A stretch of DNA of 64,000 nt, taken from assembly GCA_964016885.1 (NCBI GenBank), contig OZ024757.1:6510001-6574000 (forward strand). The letters run 5' to 3'. The notes below the pieces were generated by a model. It was not told where the DNA came from, did no database searches, and saw only the letters and a program-made list of their open reading frames with translations. Made by a program: the position numbers and the translations under genes. This DNA is from Eledone cirrhosa (lineage: Eukaryota). Shown here one piece after another: positions 25,282 through 39,110 of this stretch; the first letter of the stretch is position 1, and each line of letters starts with the position of its first letter.

Positions 25282-26148
25282 CAGGTGTGGACGATATTTG
25301 GTCGCAATTTTCAACTACTAATTTTATGCAAATTTTTTTTACTTCAGTTGTCACTCTTGTCCTCATAAAAACAGTGACTATATTTCCATTATTTATTTTC
25401 AGAATAATTGATTATGAATAATTTTAACCTCCAAATTTGTGGAAGAGACACGGAGTTCTTCTTGGAATCAGCGCAGGGAGGACAAATAAGACCAGAAAAT
25501 CAACTCCCAGAACAACAGGTGGCTCGCTGTCTCATCCAAAGACGTGCCCAGAGTCATGCAGATAAAGTTTCCACCGACAACATTGGTCTTAGGTGTCGTC
25601 AGCAGTCAAGGTGACGTAATGCCACCTGACTGCTTCCCTGAGGGTCTCAAGCTGAACACCGATGGCTACATTCGCGTTCTGAGCGAGGTAGTAAAGCCCT
25701 GGATCAACCAGGTAGGGCATACGTGTGGCTGCAAGACTCAGCGCCCTGCCATACCAGCCAAAAGGTCCAAGCCTGGCTGTCAGAGAACTTCATCGACCTC
25801 ACCTCCCCTGACATCTGCCCTCCCAGCTTACCTGACTGCAATCCTCTCGACTTCTTTGTGTGACGCACAGTGGAATGAGACACCAACAGATCCAGCTGCA
25901 ATACGAAAGACGATCTGAAGGCCAGGATCACAAGTTCCTTTAAGGGCCTAAGTAAGGGGACAGTGACGAAGGCCTTTAGCCGGTTTCGAGGCTGTCATCA
26001 AAGCCAATGGCGGGTCTATCGAGTGAGATTGAAAGAACAAGTCATGAAGACAAACTGACCCAAGTTTGATAAATAAATCTTAAAAAACAAAACTATTGTT
26101 ATTTTTTCCTAGTCAGTAATCTTGCGAATAATTATCGTCCGCACTCTG
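25282..26148 (+). mobile_element. DD37D (maT) transposon remnant, copy 2
   Basis: TA|CAGGTGTGGACGATA...TATCGTCCGCACTCTG|TA. The remnant reads QDSAPCHTSQKVQAWLSENFIDLTSPDICPPSLPDCNPLD, with 37 aa between the second and third catalytic D. Confidence 0.9.
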
Positions 26149-26231
26149 TATGTATACATATATAATATATGATATATAATATATATATACTTTGTTCATA
26201 CTGCCTCTCTGTTTTGTTCCCGTTCAATTTT

Positions 26232-26302
<71 letters not shown>

Positions 26303-26313
26303 GTGTGTATATA

Positions 26314-27799
26314 TAAAAAGGGGATGCTCTGGAGAGGAACAATTATAGGGGTATGAAACTGATGGATCGGGTTATGAAGTGGCAGAAAGGATATTAGCAC
26401 AACTGATTAGAGAAAGGGTCAAACTTGATGAAATGCAGTTTGGTTTTGTGCCTGGGAAGAGAACAACAGATGCCCTCTTCTTGGTGAGACAATTGCAAGA
26501 GAGGTTCTTAGAGAAGAATAAGTCACTATACTTAGCCTTTGTTGACCTAGAGAAGGCCTTTTGATAGGGTGCCCCGATCTGACATCTGGTGGTCCCTAAG
26601 GAAACTTGCTGTTGTGGAATGGCTTGTAAGGACAGTGCAAACTATGTACATGGGTGCTGTCAGTAAAGTCAGGGTAGGAATGGAGTTTAGTGAGGAATTC
26701 CAGATATAAGTAGGAGTACATCAAGGTTCGGTCCTCAGCCTGCTCTTGTTCATTATAGTCCTCTAAGCCATAACAGAGGAGTTTAAGGCTGGCTGTCCAT
26801 GGGAACTTCTCTATGCTGACGATCTGGTTCTTATAGCAGAATCAGTAGAGGAGTTAGAGAATAAATTCTGGCTATGGAAACAGCAGTTGGAAGCAAGAGG
26901 ACTGAAGGTGAACCTAGCTAAGACAAAATGTTGATGAGTAGAAAACAGGACAAAACTCTGATTCCGTCAGGGAAATGGCCATGTTCGATATGCAGAAAAG
27001 GAACTGGCATAAATTCTATAAAATGCACACAATGCAGATCCTGGGTACACAAGAGATGTAGTGGGATAGCAGGTAAACTAACAGTTAGGGAGAAATATGT
27101 ATGCAGTAGATGTACAGGGAAAGTTGGCAGTAGTAATCGTAGTGATAGACACATTTTTCAAATACAGTTGGGTTCTATAGAAGTGGTGGATAGCCTCCGG
27201 TACCTAGGAGATCAGATTAGCATGGGAGGAGAGTGTTCCGAGACCATAGTATCTAGAATAAGGATGGGTTGGAAGAAGTTTAGGGAGCTGCTTCCTCTGC
27301 TGAAGAAGGTTTTCTCCCTGCGTATGAAAGGCCGGTTGTATGATGCCTGTGTGAGGAGCGCGATGCTGCATGGTAGTGAGACATGGCAGCAACTGCAGAG
27401 GATATGCGACGGCAGAAGAGAAATGAGGCAAGCATGCTCCGTTGGATGTGCAGTGTATATGTGCTTGAACAACCCAGCATAAATGTGTTGAGAGAGAAAC
27501 TTTGTCTGAGAGGGATAGAATGTAGTGTACGGGAGAGGAGACTGAGGTGATGTAGACATGTGATGCTTATGGAAGATGACCGATGGGTGAAGAAGTGCCA
27601 GGTAATGCCAGTTGAAGGAAGACGTGGTAGAGGTAGACCACGAAAAACATGGGCGGAGGTGGTGAGAACAGACCTCAGATCATTGAAGCTCACTGTGGAG
27701 ATGACGAAGGACCGTGACAAGTGGAGAGATGCTGTGCTGAATAAGACCCGTCCAACCCTTGTAAGCAGGGAAAAGCGAACGTAAAATGATGATGATGAT
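26314..27799 (+). mobile_element. RTE LINE (family B), paralog of 8434-9921
   Basis: Same 5' truncation point and same flanks. ORF 26928-27482 contains an intact PHD finger. Confidence 0.92.
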
Positions 27800-28125
27800 A
27801 TATATATTTATATATCATCAACATCACTGTTTTACGTCCGTTCTTCTATGCTAGCATGGGTTTGACGGGTTGTCCTGTTGTGGGCAGTGTCCGGTTGGCT
27901 GACCTTGTCTTGCTCATATGGGAACTGATTTTGGCTTGATTTCTACAGATGGATGCCCTTCCTAACACCAACCTTATTTACAGTGAGTGCTGGGTACTTT
28001 TCTTCCGTGGTGCCTACATGTCCACTTTATAGTGTGGGTTGATATATATATAATATATATATATAACATATATATATATATCATATAATATATATAACAT
28101 ATATATATAATATAATATATATATC

Positions 28126-28701
28126 TGAGAGAGAGACTGAGTATAAGAGGAATCAAATGCTGTATGCAGGAGAGGCGGTTGCGTTGGTGTGGACATGTGA
28201 TGCGTATGAAGGATGACAGCTGCATAAAAAGGTGCAGAGCACTAGAAGTCGATGGAAACCGCGAAGTGGGGAGATCCAAGATGACCTGGGATGAGGTGAT
28301 AAAAGCCTACCTTACCCAATTACACCTCTCAAAGGCGATGATACACAACCGTGACCTCTGGCGTCATGCAGTAATACAGAGTACCCGACCTCCCATGGGT
28401 ACAAGCTGAAGCATATAGACAATATGCCCCCTCACCCCCCACTGCAAGGTGGTCGTGGAGGTGCCACGGCAAAAAAGCACTCAGCCCACACTGTAAAGTG
28501 GATGTGTAGGCGCCACGAAAAAGCACCCAGCACTCAATGTAAATGAGGTTGGTGTTAGGAGGGCATCCAGCTGTAGAAATCAAGCCAAATCAGTTCCTTT
28601 ATGAGCAAGGAATGGTCAGCCGACCAGACACTGCCCAGAACAGAACAACCCGTCTAACCCATGCTAGTGTGGAAGAATGGACGTAAAACGGTGATGATGA
28701 T
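28126..28701 (+). mobile_element. RTE (family D) 3' end
   Basis: ORF 28164-28409. It matches 12392-12983 and has the same downstream flank. Confidence 0.9.
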
Positions 28702-28827
28702 ATCTAAAATAGAGAATGTCTAAAACTCAAGAACGAACCAACCGATTGTTTTCTAATTTGCACATGTAATATTTATAGTCCTGTGAGTGTTTTTCAAATT
28801 TTCAATGCCCTAGGGACCGCATTAGGC

Positions 28828-30664
28828 TAATCCTAACTTTGCTGACTGCTCCCCTATACATGGCTTTCACAAGCCATTCATCTACTCCTAGTTTTCTAAG
28901 AGCCCACCAGATTACAGCACGTCGAACTCTGTCAAAGGCTTTCTCAAGGTCGACAAATGCCAAGTAGAGTGGCTTACTTTTAGCTAGGTACTTTTCCTGT
29001 AACTGCCTCACAAGGAAGAGGGCATCAGTGGTGCCTCTTCCTGGTACAAACCCAAATTGCATCTTGTCTATTTTCACCCGGTCCCTAATCAACTGTGCTA
29101 TAACTCTTTCTGTTACTTTCATGACCTGGTCCATCAGCTTTATACCTCTCAAGTTTCCTCTATATAGTGCATCGCCTTTACCTTTGTAGCAGTTGACAAT
29201 GATGCTACTGCACCAATCTTTTGGTATGACACCTAGTATTACCTGGTTAACGATACGTGTGGTTATAGTGTGACCTACAGACCCAGATGCCTTCAGCATC
29301 TCGGCAGCTATACTCGATGGACCAGTTGCCTTCCCCATCTTCATATCTTTGATTGCCTTACTTACTACGTTGCTGCTGACTTGTACTGCTGGCCCCTCTA
29401 TAGGGTCTACTTGGGGTAGGGTCTCTTCTTCCCATGCATTCTCCTCATTTAGTAATCTATCATAATGACTCTTCCATGCATCTTTCTTCTCAACACTTGT
29501 GAGGGCAAGCTCACCTTTATCATTCCGGATACACTTCTCTCCAATGACATCACAACTATCTCTGACACACTGCCTCGCAATCTTGAATACCTCCTGTTTC
29601 TGGCCCTCACGTTGCAAAACATGCTTGAATTTTCTATCCTCTGCTTCCCTCCTAGCTAAGTATACTTGTCCCCTAGATTCCCTCTTGGTCTCTATGTAAT
29701 GTACCCTGCTCCCCCCATTCTTCCATTCTTTCCATGCCTGTCTCTTGGCCTTGACTGCTTCATCTACCTTATTGTTCCACCACCAAGTCACTCTCCTCCT
29801 GCTTGAGGTCTTACTCCAGCCACAGACCTCATCCGTCGCCTCTAGTAAATTATTTTTTAGGAACTCCCAGTTCTCTTCTATATTGAATGTCTCTATCTGT
29901 TCTTCTGTACTGTCGTAGGCATTGAGTAAAATATCTTTAAATCTGTTACTGGTTGAGGGGACTTTCAGCTTCCAGATCTTTCTTCTCCAGTTTGGCCTCT
30001 GTTTCCAGGTTCGACTAGTTCTGGCCGTGAGGTCGCTGACAACTAAGCTATGTTGGGATGTACGTTCCTCACTAGGGAAGGCTTTTGTGTTTACGACCGT
30101 CCATCTGTCACGTCCTCTGATGAGGATAAAATCTATCTGACTGGAGTGCTCCCCTGATCTATAGGTGATCAGGTGGTTGTCGGGTTTTTTAAAGTTTGTG
30201 TTACATATCGACATGTCATTGGCGTCGCAGAATTCTAGAAGTCTGAATCCTTCCTCATTTCTTGTGCCAACCCCATGGCCTCCATGTACTCTATTGAAGC
30301 CGTCGCAGTGTTTACCTACGTGTCCGTTAAAATCTCCTGCGATGATTAGGAAGTCATTGTCGTCTGTTAGAGCAGTAGTGTGCATTAGGGACTCGTAAAA
30401 CCTATCCTTAAGTTCGTCTGGCAGCCCCGATTGGGGTGCGTCAGCTGATATTATTGTGGTAATTGTTTTATTCAGGACTAGTCTGTTTAATGATTCTTGC
30501 ATTTACCCTGTACACTGAGATTACTTTATCTACCCATTTGTCAGCTAGTGGTATACCTACACCACCCATCCCATCGTCATTTCCCACCCAGAAAAATTTG
30601 TAGCACCCACTTTTTCCTCCCAGGACTCTGGCAGACTCTTCTCTCCATCTAGTCTCTTGCACAC
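28828..30664 (-). mobile_element. RTE (family D) APE + RT N-terminal part, inverted
   Basis: ORFs 30468-30662 and 28802-30502 (566 aa open). It has the same 5' start, GTGTGCAAGAGACTAGATGG, as the copy at 10275. Confidence 0.92.
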
Positions 30665-31005
30665 ATCATCATCATCATTTCATTTTACATCCGCTTTTTC
30701 CCTGCTTGCAAGGGTGGGATGGGAACTGATGCTGGCTTGATTTCTACAGCTGGATGCCCTTCCTAACACCAACCTCATTTACAGTGAGTGCTGGGTGCTT
30801 TTTTGCCGTGGCACCTCCACGACCACTTTACAGTGGAATGATAGGGACACCAGTCCCTATCATCTCATTTCTACAGCTGAGTAAACTGGAGCAATGTGGA
30901 ATAAAGTGCCTTGCTCAAGGAAACAACACATCACCCGGTCTGAGAATTGAACTCACAACCTTTCGATTGCAAGGCCAATGCCCTAACCACTAAGCCATGT
31001 GCCTC
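30665..31005 (-). mobile_element. CORE-type SINE type 1
   Basis: Reverse complement of the family at 14139-14475, with A/B boxes and a (GAT)n tail. Confidence 0.88.
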
Positions 31006-31025
31006 TATTATATATATATGTATAT

Positions 31026-34000
31026 ATTATATTATATTATATTATATTATATTATATTATATTATATTATATTATATTATATTATATTATATTATATTAT
31101 ATTATATTATATTATATTATATTATATTATATTATATTATATTATATTATATTATATTATATTATATTATATTATATTATATTATATTATATTATATTAT
31201 ATTATATTATATTATATTATATTATATTATATTATATTATATTATATTATATTATATTATATTATATTATATTATATTATATTATATTATATTATATTAT
31301 ATTATATTATATTATATTATATTATATTATATTATATTATATTATATTATATTATATTATATTATATTATATTATATTATATTATATTATATTATATTAT
31401 ATTATATTATATTATATTATATTATATTATATTATATTATATTATATTATATTATATTATATTATATTATATTATATTATATTATATTATATTATATTAT
31501 ATTATATTATATTATATTATATTATATTATATTATATTATATTATATTATATTATATTATATTATATTATATTATATTATATTATATTATATTATATTAT
31601 ATTATATTATATTATATTATATTATATTATATTATATTATATTATATTATATTATATTATATTATATTATATTATATTATATTATATTATATTATATTAT
31701 ATTATATTATATTATATTATATTATATTATATTATATTATATTATATTATATTATATTATATTATATTATATTATATTATATTATATTATATTATATTAT
31801 ATTATATTATATTATATTATATTATATTATATTATATTATATTATATTATATTATATTATATTATATTATATTATATTATATTATATTATATTATATTAT
31901 ATTATATTATATTATATTATATTATATTATATTATATTATATTATATTATATTATATTATATTATATTATATTATATTATATTATATTATATTATATTAT
32001 ATTATATTATATTATATTATATTATATTATATTATATTATATTATATTATATTATATTATATTATATTATATTATATTATATTATATTATATTATATTAT
32101 ATTATATTATATTATATTATATTATATTATATTATATTATATTATATTATATTATATTATATTATATTATATTATATTATATTATATTATATTATATTAT
32201 ATTATATTATATTATATTATATTATATTATATTATATTATATTATATTATATTATATTATATTATATTATATTATATTATATTATATTATATTATATTAT
32301 ATTATATTATATTATATTATATTATATTATATTATATTATATTATATTATATTATATTATATTATATTATATTATATTATATTATATTATATTATATTAT
32401 ATTATATTATATTATATTATATTATATTATATTATATTATATTATATTATATTATATTATATTATATTATATTATATTATATTATATTATATTATATTAT
32501 ATTATATTATATTATATTATATTATATTATATTATATTATATTATATTATATTATATTATATTATATTATATTATATTATATTATATTATATTATATTAT
32601 ATTATATTATATTATATTATATTATATTATATTATATTATATTATATTATATTATATTATATTATATTATATTATATTATATTATATTATATTATATTAT
32701 ATTATATTATATTATATTATATTATATTATATTATATTATATTATATTATATTATATTATATTATATTATATTATATTATATTATATTATATTATATTAT
32801 ATTATATTATATTATATTATATTATATTATATTATATTATATTATATTATATTATATTATATTATATTATATTATATTATATTATATTATATTATATTAT
32901 ATTATATTATATTATATTATATTATATTATATTATATTATATTATATTATATTATATTATATTATATTATATTATATTATATTATATTATATTATATTAT
33001 ATTATATTATATTATATTATATTATATTATATTATATTATATTATATTATATTATATTATATTATATTATATTATATTATATTATATTATATTATATTAT
33101 ATTATATTATATTATATTATATTATATTATATTATATTATATTATATTATATTATATTATATTATATTATATTATATTATATTATATTATATTATATTAT
33201 ATTATATTATATTATATTATATTATATTATATTATATTATATTATATTATATTATATTATATTATATTATATTATATTATATTATATTATATTATATTAT
33301 ATTATATTATATTATATTATATTATATTATATTATATTATATTATATTATATTATATTATATTATATTATATTATATTATATTATATTATATTATATTAT
33401 ATTATATTATATTATATTATATTATATTATATTATATTATATTATATTATATTATATTATATTATATTATATTATATTATATTATATTATATTATATTAT
33501 ATTATATTATATTATATTATATTATATTATATTATATTATATTATATTATATTATATTATATTATATTATATTATATTATATTATATTATATTATATTAT
33601 ATTATATTATATTATATTATATTATATTATATTATATTATATTATATTATATTATATTATATTATATTATATTATATTATATTATATTATATTATATTAT
33701 ATTATATTATATTATATTATATTATATTATATTATATTATATTATATTATATTATATTATATTATATTATATTATATTATATTATATTATATTATATTAT
33801 ATTATATTATATTATATTATATTATATTATATTATATTATATTATATTATATTATATTATATTATATTATATTATATTATATTATATTATATTATATTAT
33901 ATTATATTATATTATATTATATTATATTATATTATATTATATTATATTATATTATATTATATTATATTATATTATATTATATTATATTATATTATATTAT

Positions 34001-34160
34001 ATTATATTATATTATATTATATTATATTATATTATATTATATTATATTATATTATATTATATTATATTATATTATATTATATTATATTATATTATATTAT
34101 ATTATATTATATTATATTATATTATATTATATTATATTATATTATATTATATTATATTAT
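31026..34160. repeat. Pure pentanucleotide array (ATTAT)627
   Basis: 3135 bp with no visible interruption. Confidence 0.98.
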
Positions 34161-34172
34161 GGACAAATGACA

Positions 34173-36273
34173 TCGGTCCAGTGACATTGTCTTGGAGAGG
34201 TGTAAGTGTGTGAGGTCGGAATTTATCAAGTCGTCCCAGGTTTTTCTGGATCTGCCTACTCCGTGGCTACCGCCTATTTTTATTGCCCTGCACTTTTTTA
34301 TACAGCTGTCGTCTTTCATGCGCATCACGTGACCATACCAACGTAGTCTTCTCTCGAGTAAACAACATCTGATCCCTCTTATTCCTAATTTCTCCCTTAG
34401 TTTGTTTATGCTTTGCCGTTCACGTATATTACTATTACACATTCAGCGGAGCATGCAAGCTTCGTTCCTCTCTAGTCTGCGTATATCCTCTGCACACAAT
34501 GCCCAGGTCTCACGGCCATGCAACATATATGTTCGTATGCAGGCTTCATACAGCCTACCTTTCATTTTTAAGGAGAACCCTTTAGCGGCTAATAGTGGTA
34601 TAAGCTCTCTGAACTTTTTCCATCCAGTTCTGACTCTAGCTACTGTACTTTCAGAGCACCCTCCCCTACTGCTGATTTTGTCACCCAGGTAACGGAAGCT
34701 GTCCACTATTTCTATAGAACCATCTGTGCAATCGAATGAGCTAGTATTCCGTGGGCACTTGCTGCTACTTATTGCACCAGAGCACCGGCCACATATAAAA
34801 GCAATGTTCTTAGTTAGCTTACTTGTGAACCCCCTACACCCATACTTTGCATTTGGGACATAAAATGGAGTTTCTAGCTACTCCTTTCCTACACACTGAG
34901 CATGGCCATTTCCCGGATAGGACCGGCGCCCTATTTTCCTTCCTACAAACTAGAACTTTAGTCTTAGACAGGTTAATTTTAAGGCCTTTTGATTCTAGGC
35001 CATGCTTCCATGTTTGGAATTTCTTCTCTAGTTCGGCCATTGATTCAGCTATGAGCGTTAGATCATCTGCGTATAGGAGTTCCCATGGGCAGCCGGTCTT
35101 GAACTCCACTGTTATAGCCTGAAGGGCAATAATAAATAGTAGGGGGATAATAACGGAGCCCTGATGAACACCAACTTTTACGCTAAACTCTTCACTATAT
35201 TCGTTGTTAATTCTAACCTTGCTGACTGTTTCTTTATACATGGCTTGTATAGCTCTCACAAGCCATTCATCAACACCTAGTTTTCTAAGAGCCCACCAGA
35301 TAATGGAACGGGGGACTCTGTCGAAGGCTTTCTCCAAGTCGACAAAACCTAAGTATAGGGGTTTACTTTTAGCTAGGTACTTCTCCTGTAGTTGTCGTAC
35401 AATGAAAAGAGCGTCTGTAGTACTTTTGCCAGATACAAACCCGAACTGCATTTCATCTAGATCAATTCTCTCTCTGATTAGTTGCACTATTACTTTTTCT
35501 GTGACCTTCATGACCTGGTCGATTAATTTAATGCCTCTATTGTTACTCCTATCTAGGGCATCTCCTTTACCCTTATAACAGTTAATGATGATGTTGCTAC
35601 GCCAGTCCTTCGGAACAACCCCATTCTGTATGACTTGGTATAATATCCATGTGACCATGGTGTGTCCCACCGTTCCAAGGCTTTCAGCATTTCAGCAACT
35701 ATTTCCGAAAGCTCAGCCGCCTTACCCGTCTTCATATCTTTGATTGCCTTACTTATTATACTACCTTCGACTAACACTGCTGTTCCCTCTATTGGGTCGA
35801 TGTGGGGGAAACTGTCTTTGTCCCATTTATTCTCCTCATTTAGTAGCCTTTCGTAGTGACACTTCCAAGCTACCTTCTTATCAGCATCAGTGATGGCAAG
35901 TACGCCATCATCATTAAGTACACACTTCTCCCCGAAAATATCACGGTTTTCCTTGACACATTGCCTAGCAATCCTGAACACCTCACGTTTTTGATCCTCG
36001 CGTTGTAGAACATCTTTGAACTTTCTTTCCTCTGCTTCCCTTCTTGCGAAGTACACTTGTCTCCTAGCTTCCCTCCTGGCCACCAGATAGTGTTCTATAC
36101 TTCCCCCATCCCGCCATGCTTTCCAAGCCTGCTTTTTGGCCTTAATTGACTCCTCCACCTTACTGTTCCACCACCATGTTTCTCTCCTCCTGCCTATAGA
36201 TCTGCTCCAGACACAGATTTCATCTGCTGCCATCAGCAAGTTTGCTTTCAGGAATTCCCATTGTTCCTCTATA
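34173..36273 (-). mobile_element. RTE family A copy within the duplication (3' end lost at the breakpoint)
   Basis: ORF proteins are identical to those of 5337-7437. Confidence 0.92.
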
Positions 36274-36363
36274 TTGTACATATATATGTATATATATATA
36301 TGAATATAGATGTATATATATATATGTATATATATATGTATGTATATATGATATATATATGTA

Positions 36364-37214
36364 CATGTGTGGACGATATTTGGTCGCAATTTTCAACTGC
36401 TAATTTTATGCAAATTTTTTTTACTCCGTTGTCACTCTTGTCCTCATAAAAACAGTGACTATATTTCCATTATTTATTTTCAGAATAATTGATTATGAAT
36501 AATTTTGAACCTCCAAATTTGTGGCAGAGACACCGAGTTCTTCTTGGAATCTGCGCCGAGAGGACAAATAAGACCAGAAGTTAACTCCCAGAACAACATG
36601 TGGCTCGCTGTCTCATCCAAAGACGTGCCCAGAGTCATACAGATAAAGTTTCCACCGACAACATTGGTCTTAGGTGTCGTCATGCAACCTAACTGCTTCC
36701 CCGAGGGTCTCAAGCTGAACACCGATGGCTACATTCGCGTTCTGAGCGAGGTAGTAAAGCCCTTGATGGACCAGGTAGCTGCAGGTAGGCCGTACGTGTG
36801 GCAGCAAGACTCAGCGCCCTGCCATATGATCCAAGCCTGGCTGACAGAGAACTTCGTTGACCTCACCTCCCCTGACATCTAGCCGCCCAGCTAGTGTGAT
36901 TGCAATCCTCTCGACTTCTTTGTGTGGGGCGCAGTGAAACAAGACAACAACAGATCTAGCTGCAATACGAAAGACGATCTGAAGGCCAGGATCACAAGTG
37001 CCTTTAGGGGCCTAAGTCAGGGGACAGTGACGAAGGCCTGTAGCCGGTTTCGAGGCCGTCATCAAAGCCAATGGCAGGTTTATCAAGTGAGATTGAAAGA
37101 ACAAGTCATGAAGACAAACTGACCCAAGTTTGATAAATAAATCTTAAAAAACAAAACTACTGTGTTATTATTTCCTAGACAGTAATCTTGCGAATAATTA
37201 TCGTCCGCACCCTG
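36364..37214 (+). mobile_element. DD37D (maT) remnant, copy 3
   Basis: Duplicate of 7528-8378. Confidence 0.88.
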
Positions 37215-37269
37215 TATGTATACATATTTAATATATGATATATAATATATATATATATATATGTATATA

Positions 37270-38757
37270 TAAAAAGGGGATGATCTGGAGAGGAGCAGTT
37301 GTAGGGGTATAAAACTGATGGATCAGGTTATGAAAGTGGCAGAAAGGATATTAGCACAACTAATTAGAGAAAGGGTCAAACTAGATGAGATGCAGTTTGG
37401 TTTTGTGCCTGGGAAGAGTACAACAGATGCCCTCTTCTTGGTGAGACAATTGCAAGAGAGGTTCTTAGAGAAGAATAAGTCACTCTACTTAGCCTTTGTT
37501 GACCTAGAGAAAGCTTTTGATAGGGACTCCCAATCTGTCATCTGGTGGTCCCTAAGGAAACTAGGTGTTGAGGAATGGCTTGTGAGGACAGTGCAAACTA
37601 TGTACAGAGGTGTTGTCAGTAAAGTCATGGTAGGAATGGAGTTTAGTGAGGAATTCCAAATATAAGTAGGAGTACATCAAGTTCGGTCCTCAGCCTGTTC
37701 TCGTTCATTATAATCCTCCAAGCCATAACAGAGGAGTTTAAGACTGGCTGTGCATGGGAACTTCTCTATGCTGACGATCTGGTTCTTATAGCAGAATCAG
37801 TAGAGGAGATAGAGAATAAATTCTGGCTATGGAAACAGCAGTTGGAATCAAGAGAACTGAGGGTGAACCTAGCTAAGACAAAAGTGTTGATGAGTATAAA
37901 AGAGGACAAACTCTGATTCCGTCAGGGAAATGGCCATGTTCGATATGCAGAAAAGAACTGGCAAAAATTCTATAAAATGCACACAATGCAGATCCTGGGT
38001 ACACAAGAGATGTAGCGGGATAGCAGGCAAACTAACAGGTAGGGAGAAATATGTATGCAGTAGATGTACAGGGAAATTAGACAGTAGAAGTCGCATTGAT
38101 AGACACATTTTTCAAATGCAGGAAGGCGCTATAGAAGTGTTGGTTAGCTTCCGGTATGTAGGAGATCAGATTAGCATGGGATGAGGGTGTTCCGAGGCCA
38201 TAGTGTCGAGAATAAGGATGGGTTGGAAGAAGTTTAGGGAGCTGCTTCCTCTGCTGATGAAGAAGGGTTTCTCCCTGCGTACGAAAGGCCGGTTGTATGA
38301 TGCCTGTGTGAGGAGCGCGATGCTGCATGGTAGTGAGAAATGGGCAGCAACTGCAGAGGATATGTGACGGCTGGAGAGAAATGAGGCAAGCATGCTCCGT
38401 TGGATGTGCAGTGTAAATGTGCATGAACGACTCAGCATGAATGTGTTGAGAGAGAAACTGTGTCTGAGAGGGATAGAATTTAGTGTACGGGAGAGGAGAC
38501 TGAGGTGGTATGGATATGTGATACGCATGGAGGATGACCGATGGGTGAAGAAGTGCCAGGAAATGCCAGTTGAAGGAAGACGTGGTAGAGGTAGACCACG
38601 AAAAACATGGGCGGAGGTGGTGAGAACAGACCTCAGATGATTGAAGCTCACGGTGGAGATGACGAAGGACCGTGACGAGAGGAGAGATGCTGTGCTGAAT
38701 AAGACCCGTCCCACCCTTGCCAGCAGGGAAAAGCGAACGAAAAATGATGATGATGAT
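37270..38757 (+). mobile_element. RTE family B copy within the duplication
   Basis: Duplicate of 8434-9921. Confidence 0.92.
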
Positions 38758-39110
38758 ATATATATATAATCATCATCACTGTTTTACGTCCGTTCTTCTA
38801 TGCTAGCATGGGTTAGACGGGTTGTCCTGTTGTGGGCAGTGTCCGGTTGGTTGACCTTGTCTTTCTCATACGGGAACTGATTCTGCCTTGATTTCTACTG
38901 CTGGATACCCTTCCTAACATCAACCTTATTTACACTGAGAGCTGGGTACTTTTCTTCCGTGGTGCCTACATGTCCACTTTATAGTATGGGTTGATATATA
39001 TTTAATATATATATATTATATATAATATATATATTTAACATATATATATATATATAATATATATATTTAACATATATATATATATATAATATGTATATTT
39101 CATATACGAA

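Noticed and set aside
28802-30502. 566-aa ORF as an active LINE or domesticated gene
   Set aside because: It is frameshifted at the APE N-terminus and cut before the YADD motif. No RTE copy in the window is intact.
31026-34160. Telomeric array
   Set aside because: It is not TTAGGG-like and is interstitial.
30947-34213. Three >1000-aa ORFs (YYIIL)n
   Set aside because: (ATTAT)n has no stop codon on this strand in any frame. These are translation artefacts.
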